Shown here: positions 1-12,479 of the stretch, piece by piece
How the letters are laid out: each line of letters begins with the position of its first letter
Numbering within the stretch: the stretch's first letter is position 1
Origin: Octopus bimaculoides
Taxonomy: Eukaryota
NCBI RefSeq assembly: GCF_001194135.2
Contig: NC_068987.1
Coordinates: 89,716,714-89,780,713 of the forward strand
Direction: 5' to 3'
DNA: 64,000 bases
Made by a program: the position numbers and the translations under genes
Notes under the pieces: model-generated
What the model was told of the DNA's origin: nothing
What the model saw: only the letters and a program-made list of their open reading frames with translations
Database searches by the model: none

Positions 1-929
1 TTTTGTGTCGTTTTATCTGAGAAAGAGAAGAAAATATTGGCTTTGGTGGTGATGGTGGGAAAATTTCTTTCCCACAAACGGAGGGAGAATTCTAAAAGGT
101 CAGATTCCCCCCCCCCCCCAACATGTCAACTTAGATACACTCATCAACTTCATTGCAAATAACTAAATCTATTCAAGTCCCATGAATATCTTTCCAGGTC
201 AAAAAATGAAGTTTCATGCAAACATTCATTTCAATGACAATCAATCATATCTCACTTTAAACGACTGCTGTTCATGTCTAAAATTCCTTGTGAAACTTTC
301 GGAATGCCTCTTATTTTAAACCGAACCAATAAATTGTTTTTACAGAAGACAGCTTCTGTTAACGTTTACTTAACTACAAAGATTAAAAAAAAAATTTTAT
401 CTTTGAAGCGTTCATTAACAGCAATGCTATTTTTTTCTTTTTTAAAGTTTATTAGTCTCTTTTGCAGAACTGCTGTTACAGAGATGTAAACAAACCAATA
501 TTGGTTGTCAAGCCATGGGAAAAGAATGACAAACACACATTTATAATACAATGGGATTCCTCACAGTTTTTCTGTTTACTAGATTCACTTAGATTGGTTG
601 GCCCGTGGCTATAGTAAAAGACACTTTCCCAAGGTGATGTGCAATGGAACTGAACTCAAAACCACATGGTTGCAAAGCAAGTTTCTTAACCACACAGCCA
701 TGCTTGTTCTTATAGTATAATTACTTTAAGGCAGCAGATTAATGATTTAGAATAGTCTGAGTTCAAATCCCACTTGGGTTAGCTTCACCTTATCTCATTT
801 TGGGAAGATATTCAGTGTCTGTAGTAACCCCCAAAGAATAAGAGACCCTGCTGACATTATTATCAAAACCTTATATTGAAATTTTCAGTTTGTATTTTAT
901 GCATTTTTAAAAATAGAAATTTATTATTT

Positions 930-1508
930 TCTGGTATGGTCATGTGTTGCGTATGGATGAGGACAGCTGTGTGAAAATGTGTCACACCCTGGCAGCAGAG
1001 GTAACCTGTGGAAGAGGTAGACCCAGGAAGACCTGGGATGAGGTGGTGAAGCATAATCTTTGAACATTGGGCCTCACAGAAGCGATGACAAGTGATTGAG
1101 ACCTTTGAAGATATGCTGTGCTTGAGAAGACCCTGCGAGCCAAGTGAGACTATTGCCTAAGTCAGTGCAGCATAACTGGTCTATTTAAGGGTATCCTTCA
1201 ATCATTGGGCAATAAACTGTGCTTGCAAAGACCTGTTGAGTCAAGTGAAGTCTTTGTCGTGGCATGTAAAAATCACCATTTGCGCATGGTCAATGCAAGT
1301 GCTGCCTGACTGGCCCCATGCCGGTGGCACGTAAAAAAGCACTCACTACATTCTCAGAGTGGTTGGTATTAGGAAGGGCATCCAGCTGTAGAAACCTTGC
1401 CAGATCAGATTGGAGTCTGGTGCAGCCTCCTGGCTTGCCAGTCTTCAGTCAAACCGTCCAACCCATGACAGCATGGAAAGCAGACGTTAAACAATGATGA
1501 TGATGATG
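930..1508 (+). mobile_element. 5'-truncated RTE-type LINE (ORF2 C-terminus, 3' UTR, (GAT)n tail)
   Basis: Decayed GHVLRMDEDSCVK...GRGRPRKTWDEVVKH followed by the recurrent 3' UTR ending GACGTTAAACAATGATGATG. Confidence 0.75.
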
Positions 1509-1907
1509 AATGCACTTAACTATAACACCAGTGTACCACCGCACATCTAACTACATCTTGTGGTGCAGTATAGTGTAGTTGGGAACCAATGACCTGGAGA
1601 GATGGAAAGTGAAGTCAACCTTGTCTTTGAACACAGAATATAACGGTATAACTAGATAATAAATGATAATAATAAAAATACTAAACTTATTATATACAGT
1701 GCTTAGGGGCTCTACGATTCTTCAGCAAAAGTAGCCAAAAGCTCATGAACAGTACATAGAATAATGCACAGGAAATGAACTGTGAACGAGTCATTTAAAT
1801 GAAAAAAAAAGAAAGAAAATAGTGTATATAGCTGCAGAATATTTTGCCATTATTTTGATTTTTAACTTTTTACTGAATTTGATGAATTTCTTTTCTCTTT
1901 TTCCAAG

Positions 1908-2034
1908 GTTGTGATAGCGGATTTGGTTTTGCAATTGCTCAAAAATTGGATAGCATTGGTATGAAAGTCCTAGCTGGCTGTCTGGACCAGTGTGGTAAAG
2001 GAGCAACGAAATTAAAAAGTTCTTGTTCAGAAAG
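1908..2034 (+). CDS. SDR9C-type short-chain dehydrogenase (BDH1/retinol dehydrogenase-like), first exon in window; 5' exon upstream of window
   Basis: ttccaag|GT acceptor, AG|gtgaga donor. Encodes (G)CDSGFGFAIAQKLDSIGMKVLAGCLDQCGKGATKLKSSCSE, the Rossmann TGxxxGxG motif with the Gly codon split by the intron. Confidence 0.93.
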
Positions 2035-2153
2035 GTGAGATGGTACACATATTTTTAAAGTCAATACTTTAACCCTTCTGCAGAAGGTGAATGTTGTTGA
2101 TCCTTCAGCTGTGGGCCGAGACCATTTGTAATGTACCCAGAGTACAGTAATGT

Positions 2154-2539
2154 GGAGGCGCAATGGCCCAGTGGTTAGGGCAGCGGACTCGCGGTCGGAG
2201 GATCGCGGTTTCGATTCCCAGACCGGGTGTTGTGAGTGTTTATTGAGCGAAAACACCTTAATCTCCACAAGGCTCCAGCAGGGTATGGTGGCGAACCCTG
2301 CTGTACTCTTTCACCACAACTTTCTCTCACTCTTATTTCCTGTTTCTGTTGTGCCTGTAATTCAAAGGGTCAGCCTTGTCACACTGTGTCACACTGAATC
2401 TCCTTGAGAACTATGTTAAGGGTACATGTGTCTGTGGAGTGCTCAGCCACTTGCCCGTTAATTTCACGAGCAGGCTGTTCCGGTGATCGGATCAACTGGA
2501 ACCCTTGATGTCATAGGTGACGGAGTGCCAATAACAACA
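2154..2539 (+). mobile_element. Full-length tRNA-derived SINE (family C) with 10-bp TSD
   Basis: A-box TGGCCCAGTGG, B-box GGTTTCGATTCC, (AAC)n tail. ACAGTAATGT flanks it at 2144-2153 and 2540-2549. Confidence 0.9.
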
Positions 2540-3039
2540 ACAGTAATGTACTTGGATCTTCACTTACAAGGCATTGGTTGGCCTGTGGCTATAGTAAAAG
2601 ACACTTTCCCAAGGTGATGTGCAATGGGACTGAACTCAAACCCACATGGTTGCAAAACAAGCTTCTTAACCACACAGCCATGCTTGTTCTTATAATATAA
2701 TTACTTTAAGGCAGCAGATTAATGATTTAGAATAGTCTGTTGGTCATTGAGGCACCACTGAAGACATTGTCTTGTGAAGGTCTATCAAGGGCAAGTCAGG
2801 CTAACAGAACCCACTTGTTTACCAATTATAAATCTTATGATGTGGTCTTGAAATGCTGTATGTTTTCAAGTTTTTCTTTTTCAGACCATGTGACACAATT
2901 TAATCCAATACATGAGCAGAGGGATAATTTAAATGTTCGTTTTTAACTTGCATTCAGTTTGATTTCAAGAAGCTGTTCATGCCAGCAACCTTGTTATTGC
3001 TTAATCCATTAATGCTTATTTATTTACATTGTTTTGGAG

Positions 3040-3322
3040 CGTGGTTGTTGCCAGTGCCCCTGGACTGGCTATTGTGCGGGTGGCATGTAAATTACACCAT
3101 TTTGAGCGTGGCCGTTGCCAGTACCGCTGACTGGCCTTCGTGCCGGTGGCATGTAAAAGCACCGACTACACTCTCGGAGTGGTTGGTATTAGGAAGGACA
3201 TCCAGCTGTAGAAACTCTGCCAAATCAGATTGGAGCCTGGTGTAGCCACCTGGTTCGCCAGTCCTCAGTCAAATCGTCCAATCCATGCTAGCATGGAAAG
3301 CAGACGTTAAACGATGATGATG
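3040..3322 (+). mobile_element. RTE-type LINE 3' UTR fragment
   Basis: Same 3' UTR and GAT tail as 1260-1508; further copies at 10225-10493 and 16730-17047. Confidence 0.75.
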
Positions 3323-5279
3323 TGTTATCTGATGGCTTTGAGATTTTGACGATGTGATTGCTCATTTTTAGAATGACATTTCAGAGTATGTCTGAGAGGC
3401 CAGATCTGGCTAGTTTGCACATAGAACAAGTAGAATATTTTGGCCGGATGTGTCTTGTTTAAATGCTAAAGAGCTAAGCTGATAACATATGCTCTACATA
3501 CATTTATAAGTCTGCCATAGATTGTTATGTCTGGGTTTGGCTGAGTCTTATCTGTTGTAGTGATGCATTTGGTCTCATAAACATTAATTCGGAGACCCAT
3601 TTGTTTTGCATTTGCAGCTGAGTAATGAAACCTTGATGGTTAGCAATGTTATTGTTAATAGTTAGCAAGATCATCTGCATTAACATAGATTAGAGATTAT
3701 TTGACATGCAATAGAGAATCCAGTATCATTTATTTCTTTCATTTTTATGGTCACTGCAACAAAATGTTTCCTTGCTTGACCTCTTTCATTATGTCCATGA
3801 TCATACTTGTACCAACATTGATCTTGAGAATGTGAATTAACTTTCATATTTAAATATATGGAGGCCACTTTTGGGCCTGCTATATAACCCGTTTTAGTGG
3901 GGCAGCAAATGTGGTACATACTCCAGCTATGTCACTGGACCAAACAACAATAGACACCACTTTTTTCTCTTAAGTGTTGTGTTGTGTTGGTTTTCAACAG
4001 GTGAATCAATAGGTATCAGATAGTTGTTCTCATAAATTACGCAAACGTTATTCAGGTATGATTTATTATACTTTGTGGCAAAACACATTTATGTCAAAAT
4101 GTAACAAGCAATTTGTCTTATGAAACTTGATTGAGTATTAAGTTATCGGCATGTTTTGTCCTATTAAGTATTAGTTTCCAGTTAAGAATTGAAAAAGTTA
4201 TAGTTTGGTGTTATAATAATGTTAAAACTGGTAATTTCTCTCAGGCCAAGGAGTAAGTTTATACTTGACTTGTTAGAAATAACAGCCAAAAAAAGGAAGC
4301 TTCTATGCAGCCACTTGACCTGCTAAAACAGTAGCTAGTTTACCTCCTTACACACGACTGATTAACACACATTGAAGATGGGTAACCACCCAGAAACCCA
4401 GGTCTGTGTGTATTATGTAAGGCTAGAGATGGGATCGATGACTTCCCTTGCAAATACTAATTGGACACAGATTGTGTGTTGTTGGCCAGATGGAGGAGAT
4501 GTCTTCCTGGGGCTAAAAACAATAGTAACATCATCCTCTCTAGGACTGCCACATTTAGTTGGCAAATATATTTTATGAAACCCAGATTGTTGAAAATTGA
4601 CAAACTTCTTTTAAACTAGCAAGGGTAGGGATATAGTTACAGTATGTGCTGCCCTTATGTTTGACCCCCCCCCCTCACACACCAGCAGTATAGCCTCTAC
4701 AGGTTTATTTAGCAGAACTAAAGTGCCTCCCTAATAAAAGCCTTGCTTGGAGTGGACAGCTCCCCCTCCTCAGTTATTGAATGAGAAAGCTTTTATTTGG
4801 TCACTTGATCTGTTAGAAATAGTAGCCTGAGCAACAGAGGGAGCCTCTTCTAAATAGAGGTTCGACCTGTTTAAAATAGCAACCAAATTTCCTCTAATCA
4901 CATCCTTAAAATAAAGAACACACATTGGCGAATGTACTTATTGACATGCAAAATGGTGTGATGGCCATAACTGAAATGTCATTTTTTATCAGTTAATCTA
5001 CACGTAAATGACAACTGTTACCTTCTGTTTGACTTTGTGTATTGAGAAGTGTTAGGGGCCTCCCTCCTCTCATTGTCTTGTAGGTTTCAGTCATTGGGTT
5101 GCTGTTGTGCTGAGGCACAGCTTTGGAAGGTTTCAGCTGACCAGGTTGACCACAGTATTTATTTTTTTAAAATTTGGTATTTTTTCTATTGGTCTCTTTT
5201 GCCGAACCACTTCAATGCAGGGCCATAAACAAACCGACATCGATTGTCAAGAGCTGGTGAGGATACAAGTACTGCAATA

Positions 5280-5600
5280 CCACTGGATGGGTGATGTCAG
5301 TGTGCACACACAACAGAGCGTAAGTGATGATTCAAGAGGAAAACTGGGTATAACAGGCATTAGATGTTGTGTGCAAGAGAGAAGACTACACTGGCTTGGT
5401 CATGTGATGTGTGTGGATGAGGACAGCTGCATAAAGAAGAGCCAGTCTCTAATTGTAGAGGGAACCTGTGGAAAGGGTAGGCCCTGGAAGACATGGGAGT
5501 AAGTGGTGAGAAAGGATCTTCAGATACTGGGCCTCACTGAGGAGATGACAACGAACCAACACTTGTGGTGATTTGCTGAACTTGAGAAGATATGTCAAGT
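5280..5600 (+). mobile_element. RTE-type LINE ORF2 C-terminal remnant
   Basis: QERRLHWLGHVMCVDEDSCIKK...VEGTCGKGRPWKTWE*VVRKDL; homologous to 930-1150. Confidence 0.8.
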
Positions 5601-5759
5601 TGGATATATTGACAGGAGTTGGCAAGCTGGAGAGGTGCACCAGGCTTCAATTATCTTTTTTGGCATGGTTTTTGACAGCTGGATGCTTTTGCTAATGCCA
5701 ACCACTTTGCAGAGTGCACTGGGGGCTTTATACATGGTACTAGCTTGGTTGCTTTATGC

Positions 5760-6120
5760 TTTGCACCTGCAGAGGTGCCGTATACATGGAGATCCCCTTT
5801 CGGTCATGAATGACCATGGGATTGCACCTACAAAGTTACCCTCCCTGGCACAAGTCTGGGCAAGGTTGTTTGTGAAAGGCCAGCAGTCGCCCATGCATAC
5901 CAGCCTCCCCTCTGTATGCCAGTGATGTTATCCAAGGGAAAGGCAAAGGGGCCGATACAGCTTGTCACCTGTGACGTTGCAACTCATTTCTACAGCTGAG
6001 TGAACTGAAGCAACGTGAAATAAAGTGTCTTGCTCAAGAACACAAGATGCAACCCGGTCCGGGAATCAAACTCACAACCTCATGACTGTAAGCTTGACGC
6101 TCTAACCACTGAGCCATGCT
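5760..6120 (-). mobile_element. tRNA-derived SINE with CORE-like domain (family D)
   Basis: Reverse complement of the copy at 48295-48640; contains the TTGAGCAAGACACTTTATTTCACGTTGCT(C/T)CAGTTCACTCAGCTG block. Confidence 0.75.
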
Positions 6121-6330
6121 GTATACATAGCATAAATATTAATGGTGTGGTTGTATTTTCGTGGCAGGATCAGAAAATAAAAATATTTTTGTAATATTTT
6201 AATTAACAAGTCTTGTTTTCTGTTATCTACTGTGTTGTTTGGCTTTTCAAAGAAATGATAATTATATATTTATTTTAATTACAACTGGAGCAGCAATAAT
6301 CTAATTTATATATCTTATATTTCTGTATAG

Positions 6331-6416
6331 GTTAGTGGTATTAAAATTGGATGTTACGAACCATAGGGATATTGAAAATGCGAAAAGCTACGCACAAGAA
6401 TTACTTGGAGAAGATG
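6331..6416 (+). CDS. SDR gene, second exon in window
   Basis: ttctgtatag| acceptor, G|gtaagt donor. Encodes (R)LVVLKLDVTNHRDIENAKSYAQELLGED with the LDVT motif; phases 2 to 1 fit the neighbours. Confidence 0.93.
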
Positions 6417-6598
6417 GTAAGTGCACCTTAGGTTGGTGTATGTAATGTCTTTTGTAATGTTGTTGTTTAACTTATAATTCCCTGATTGAATAAATCTACG
6501 GGATAAGGCATTTTAATCTGACCATCCTATTATTTTTGCAAGCCTAGTGTTAGAAATAACTTCTTGTAACCGTTATATTTTTGCTTCCAATTCTTCAG

Positions 6599-6781
6599 GT
6601 CTGTGGGGTCTTGTCAACAATGCTGGGATTTCTTACTTTGCTGAGACTGAAATGACATCTGAAGAAATATTCCAGAAGACAATTAATGTTAATCTTTTTG
6701 GTACAATTCGATTGACAAAAGCATTCTTACCTTTCATTAGGAGAAGCAAAGGTAGAATAATCAACATGGCCAGTTTCGTTG
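6599..6781 (+). CDS. SDR gene, third exon in window
   Basis: ttcttcag| acceptor, G|gtaatt donor. Encodes [11 protein letters not shown]...[31 protein letters not shown] with the NNAG motif and catalytic Ser. Confidence 0.96.
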
Positions 6782-7699
6782 GTAATTTCCTTTTTTTCTT
6801 TGTTTCTTACTTTCTTGAATAGCTTTATTGGAAGACAGTTTGCCAATTTCATGTTAAAACATTCTATCAAAGAAAACCTTCTGCCGTTGGTTACTCGGGG
6901 ATGCCATCTGCATGTGAAACAGCAGTTGAGTTATTGTTAATATATTTAATTTAACGAGTATCAAAAATCGATTTTAGAAATAGCTGTATGATTCAGAAGT
7001 TTGCTTCCCAAGCACGTGGTTTCAAATTCCAGCTTCAATGTGCGTCACTTTGGTCAAGTCTCTTCTTCTGCAGTGTCTTGGCATCACATGGCAGTTGAAA
7101 ATCTGTGTCATTCAATTCCAATATTGTGTGAAAACATACAGAAATATTATTTTGCTTGGAAACAGGTGAGGGTTGGTGACAGGAAGGGCATCCAGCTGTA
7201 GAGCATCTGGCTCAATAAACTGTGTCTGAAGTGGACATTAAAGCTATGATGATAGTGATTACCTTTTGGAAATCTTTCTACACTTGTTTGAAAACTGAGT
7301 GTTTAAGTTCAAAAAGTTGGTTGTTTGATTATTTTTAGTCTTACCTGAAAGTCACCCGTTTCACTTCACTTCTTTCTCTCTCTCATCATCTTTGGTGAAG
7401 TCATTGGAACACATCTCTTGGCTCTTACATTCCTCCCAACTGGTGGAGTGATTGAACTGTCTATGCCAGTTTGTATCTCCATCTACCAATATTTCTGACC
7501 AAACACATTATTTCCTTATCTCCAAACCCAGCCATTACTCACTGGATCTTCTGATCAGGCTATCTTATATTTCCTTCCTCCACTACACACACCTTAAAGC
7601 CAGATAACCAATTTTATACCAACAGCAAAATATGGTTTAACCTTTTCCCCTTATGAGATAATTCATTACCATAACCTTTGGACATTCTTGTATCAAGTC

Positions 7700-7930
7700 T
7701 CAAGATCCAAAGGGTTGGTTGCCTGTTTTCCATGGTGTACACGTGACTGAGATGATAGCATTCCCCCTGGATGGGAAGTCAGTCCCTCACAGTCACTCAC
7801 TCATTGTAGCTGAGTGGACTGGAGCAATGTGAAATGAAGTGTTTAGCTCAAGAACGCACCACCTTGTCCAGGAATGGAAACCATGATGTTGTAATTGTGA
7901 ATGCAACTCTCTAACCACTAGGCTATGTGG
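7700..7930 (-). mobile_element. SINE with CORE-like plus Nin/Deu-like segment
   Basis: Same CORE-like block as family D joined to a GGACTGACTTCCCATCCAGGGGG segment. Related pieces at 18248-18345 (+), 42870-43060 (-) and 63030-63110 (-). Domain naming is from memory. Confidence 0.5.
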
Positions 7931-8507
7931 CTGAGAAAACTCAGCAGGTACTTAGAACTCTCCTTCTACATCTCTTACACAAACCTCATAAGACCAAAGC
8001 CCACAGCTTCCAACATTGAGTGCAACTCCACCAACAACAACGAGATGTTGTTTTTATCCACATTGCCTGCAACAGCAGACTTCAAAAAAAAGCAAGGCCT
8101 CACTCAACCTGCAAGCTCCCTTGCTTTCCAAAATGCAGCAGAACCTTCTGCTTTAACTTTTGCTGTTGTTTAGTCCAGATCACTCCTGACTGAGAAACAT
8201 GATGAAAGACATTCCATCTTTGACCATCCTATCTTTCCCAAAAGTACAGTGCAGTTGGGATTACAGAGCTGAATATCTTTCTTATTTCTAAATTGGTAAG
8301 ATGCAATATGAAGGAAATTTGGTTCCACTTTTAACTGACTGAGGGCCTTTAGCATAGAGAATCTGTAGTTGGTTTGGTTTTACTTTTGTAGATAACCTAA
8401 ATTAATTTAATTATCTGTATCTTAATACTTTTGATGGTGAACTCTAGTATTCTGTTAAATTCTCTTCTGCATAATTCTATTCTGATTTTCCCCAACTGTC
8501 TTTACAG

Positions 8508-8645
8508 CAAGAATTCCTATCAACGGGACAAGTGCTTATTCTGTTTCTAAAAGTGCCATTGTTGCCTTCTCAGATATTCTGCGTCTTGAAATGAAAAAAT
8601 GGGACGTTCATGTTTCCATCATTGAACCACTTGGATTTCAAACAA
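8508..8645 (+). CDS. SDR gene, fourth exon in window (catalytic YxxxK)
   Basis: tttacag| acceptor, A|gtaagt donor. Encodes (A)RIPINGTSAYSVSKSAIVAFSDILRLEMKKWDVHVSIIEPLGFQT. Confidence 0.96.
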
Positions 8646-10496
8646 GTAAGTTTTTCTTTGCTTTGTAGTTTTGGCAAATCTAACTCAGCATTTCATTGTT
8701 TGGGGTTTGTTGTTGTTGATGTTTAACCACAGGTCAATCCTGATCCAACAGACCTGTTCAAAGGCACTCCGCTTGTGACTGTGCCATGTTTTATGTTGCT
8801 GTGTAGACATCAGCTCATTGTTTGGTGTTTGGATGTAGATAAAATAAGTAACTGCCAACAACTGTATTTTGGAACACAACAAAAAGGAAACCCAGAAGAC
8901 ACTCAGACAAACCATGTGGTTTCAGGTTCAATCCCACTGGACTGACCAATGACCTGTGAGTGAATTTGATAGATGGAAACCATGTGGAAGCCTTTTGTGT
9001 GTGTGTGTGTGTGTCTGTTTGCCCCCCTCCCCATACCAGTGTTGGTTTCTTTCAGTCTCCTAACGTAGCAGTTCAGCAAGAGACTGATGGAATAAGTACC
9101 AGATTGAAAAGAAAAATAAGTTTAAGGGTTACTGTTTCTGAGTACAAAAATCTTCAAAGTTGTTCTCCACCATGGCCACAGTTCAATGGCTGAAACATGT
9201 AGAAATGTAGAAAAAATGCATTTGTAGTGATTAATAAAAGTTTTTGTATCTTCCATCTCTCTTTTACCACACACACGTACGTACGTATGTACGTATGTAC
9301 GTATGTATGTATGTATGTATGTATGTCGTAATGAGATGCCTGCTCCTCACCAATGTTGATGTGTTCAGCTGCCAGCTCTGGTTTTGCTGCTTGTCAAGCT
9401 GAGGAGGGCAAACCTGTCAAAGTAGCAGTTGCTCTCTGATAGGTTTGTGGTTGAACCTGTAGGGTGGAGAACTCTGGTATTCTTGGCCCCTGGACCACAT
9501 CCTGGCTCACCTCTTACAGGGCAGGGATGGCTATCTGCAAGTGTGAGCCCTGTGAATCAGAGTGTCTGTTCCAGTGCAAGCCTTTCGCCATCTCTTGGGG
9601 CAATGCCCTTTCCATTTTGTCCACTAGGGCCATGAGGCAGATTGACGAACCTCTTTTTTTAGGTAAACACTTAAATTCATGAACCAGTGTCTGTTCAGTA
9701 CCATATCCACTTCCATTTTGAACTAAAAAAATGATAATTGATAGATAGTGTTCGTTATTTTGTAAAAATAAAACAAAAAAAAAAAGTATAAGAAAGACAA
9801 AAATAAGCAAAACTATTCCTAAACATATGTGACAGAATTTGACTTCAACAATTTTCTTAACCATTTCAAAATAAATGTTTCCGATTCTTTTGAAATGTCT
9901 TAAAATAATTTTAGTCCATAAACTAATGCTGTTTTTCTCATATGCGAGCTTTATCTTTTTGATGTTCAGCAATAAATCCGTCAATATTTAATAAAATGAC
10001 ACTCCCCTCCCCCCCGCCATTTACTTGAAAAAGATATAAATGACATGCCTCTCATTGTTCTGCTATTTCATATCAACAGCAGTGACCACCTGTTGAATAT
10101 TTCTGACCACAAAAAGTTAAATAATAATTCCTTTGCATCAATGCAGGGAAGAACTATTAAATTTTTTTTATTTGTTTTCATGTAAAGTAAAACCTAGAAA
10201 AACATTCATATATAATGTGCATCCTAATTCCCTTGACTGGCCCCCGTGCCGGTGGTATGTAAAAAAACTCTATCTGAATGGGATCGATGCCAGGCCTGCC
10301 TGACTGGCTCCTGTGCCGGTGGCACATAAAAAGCACCCACTACACTCATGGAGTGGTTGGCGTTAGGAAGGGCATCCAGCTGTAGAGTCTCTGCCAGATC
10401 AAACTGGAACCTGGTGCTGCTGCTGCTGGTTCTCCAGACCTCAGTCAAACCGTCCAACCCATGTCAGCATCGAAAACGGACGTTAAACGATGAGCT

Positions 10497-10531
<35 letters not shown>

Positions 10532-10534
<3 letters not shown>

Positions 10535-10842
10535 ATCTAATAAAGGTCATGTAAGCCCTCAACAGAAAAAAAGGCTTTCCTCTCCGCATGGGACTCGCAC
10601 CCACATTCCTTTGTTAATGCGACTGTGTTATCTTTACACCAGCAAATTAGCTAATTCGCTGGTGTGAAGGTAACACACTTAGTCATGTTAACAAAGAGAT
10701 GTGGGTTTGAGTCCCACGTAGAGAGGAAAGCCTTCTTTTTTCTGTTGAGGGCTTATATGCCCCATTATTAGACTATTTTCCTTAGTCATTGCACGGTGAT
10801 CACTATAAGCTTTAAGCTTATATAAATACCATTATTATTATT
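10532..10842. repeat. Palindromic element of two back-to-back tRNA-like heads with an (ATT)n tail on the right
   Basis: Arms 10532-10650 and 10651-10775 are near-perfect inverted repeats around AATTAG|CTAATT. The right arm carries A-box TGGTGTGAAGG and B-box GGTTTGAGTCC. Confidence 0.85.
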
Positions 10843-10895
10843 CACAGGATTGTAAAACATGGTGCCATATAACAAAACCATTTGCACCGAAAGCA

Positions 10896-10951
<56 letters not shown>

Positions 10952-11249
10952 CAAAATAGCTAATTGTAAAATCTCAAAGAAATCAGAGTAGTAATTCTAA
11001 CAAGTCAATCACCATATCAAAGTGGCTGTTCCATGTTACTACTAGTTTAACCCCAGGCAGATCTTCTGCCAGCTGGTCATCAGTGCAATGCTGCACCCTG
11101 TGGTAGCAGGGGGAGCGAACCCCTACCATCCTCTAGCAGACCACAGGATTGTGAGACTGACTTGGTTTCGAGCTGGTTGGCTCATCCTCAGCCACGAGCA
11201 CCTAGTCAATTGTTAGTATAGTTACTAATCTGATGTTTTTAATATTTTC

Positions 11250-11339
11250 AGCCTGGTACTTATCCTATATATCTCTTTTGTCAGACTGCAAAGTTATAGG
11301 GATGTAAACACACTAACACCAACTGCTGTGTGATGGTGG

Positions 11340-11409
<70 letters not shown>

Positions 11410-11550
11410 ACGGGCTTCTTTCAGTTTCCATCTAACAAAGCCACTGACAAGGCTTTGGTCAGCCTGAGGCTATAGCCCAAGGTGCCACACAGTGGGTCTG
11501 AACCCAGAACCATGTGGTTGGGAAGCAAGCCTCTTACCACACAGTCACAC
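11250..11550 (-). mobile_element. tRNA-derived SINE with internal (CA/TG)n microsatellite (family B)
   Basis: Homologous to the + copy at 54655-54910. Other copies near 15393, 16563, 20300-20655, 22385, 26700, 35084, 36380, 40990 and 58025. Confidence 0.85.
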
Positions 11551-12123
11551 TTGCTTTTATATGAAATATTTGTTTAAATCGAAAGTTGGTTTGTTCTGTG
11601 ATTAAGAATTGATGGCAGAATCAGGATTTGCTTATTTACGTCCCTTCAGTTGATGGGTTTAAATCTCTCCTTAGGACTTTGTTTTTCATCCTTACAAAGT
11701 CAATAACATAAAATAAGAACTGGGTTTAATATAACCAAACTTACCCTTAAAGCTGTGTCCCAGCTCGGACACGATACTGTGACAGAAAACCGATCGACGG
11801 ATAAAAGATTATTTATCCTCTTAAGGATAATTTTTTTTTGTCTCATAACTTCAGGTATGAAGACTTTGATGTCAAATTCCATGTAATTCATGATACAATA
11901 GTAATTAAAAAAAATACCTAACTAGAACCATATTTATAGCATGGAAAAAGATTCTATGATTCTATTTTCACATTATTAGCCTCGAATTATGTGCGTCTGC
12001 TTACTGAGCAATTGAAAGAAATTACGTTTTAGAATTGGATATTAGAAAATATGTAATAAGGGAGATAACTTGTACTTATTGATCATTAGAAATATTTAGT
12101 TTTATTTCTTTTCTCTTTTGCAG

Positions 12124-12479
12124 ACAACTTCAATGAACAGGTTTTAGAAAGTCGACTCCAAGAAATTTGGGACTCTCTAGATGAAGAATGCCAGTTAGTT
12201 TATGGAAAACGATACCTTGAAGATCTTTACAAGTCATACAAAGAATTATTGCCTAAGATCCCTACAGACCTGTCTCCTGTAGTTCAAGCTGTTTCTGGTG
12301 CTCTTCTCTCAAAAAATCCACGCGAACGCTACCCTTGCAGCCAAGGAGCAGATATTCTTACAAGTATATACAGCATCCTACCCATCAGACTTGCTGACAA
12401 AATATCAAAATTAGTATCGGTGATTCCTAAAAACTCAAGACCAGTTGCATTGGAACCATCCTCTCATCTCGTACCCTAG
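12124..12479 (+). CDS. SDR gene, terminal exon
   Basis: ctcttttgcag| acceptor. Encodes (N)NFNEQVLESRLQEIWDSLDEECQLVYGKRY...ALLSKNPRERYPC...PSSHLVP*. The five exons total 890 nt and join in frame. Confidence 0.93.

Noticed and set aside
2154-2230. tRNA genes at SINE heads (also 48300, 54655, 10658)
   Set aside because: A/B boxes are present, but there is no complete cloverleaf and the sequences run into SINE bodies.
9333-9682. GC-richer block with a Cys-rich ORF in an SDR intron
   Set aside because: No splice signals in a compatible phase. It is possibly a decayed LINE C-terminus on the minus strand, but too weak to call.
11740-11891. Antisense exon with a GTAAGT donor and two 6-bp hairpins in the last SDR intron
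   Set aside because: No acceptor, homology or snoRNA box layout could be supported; such short hairpins are expected by chance.
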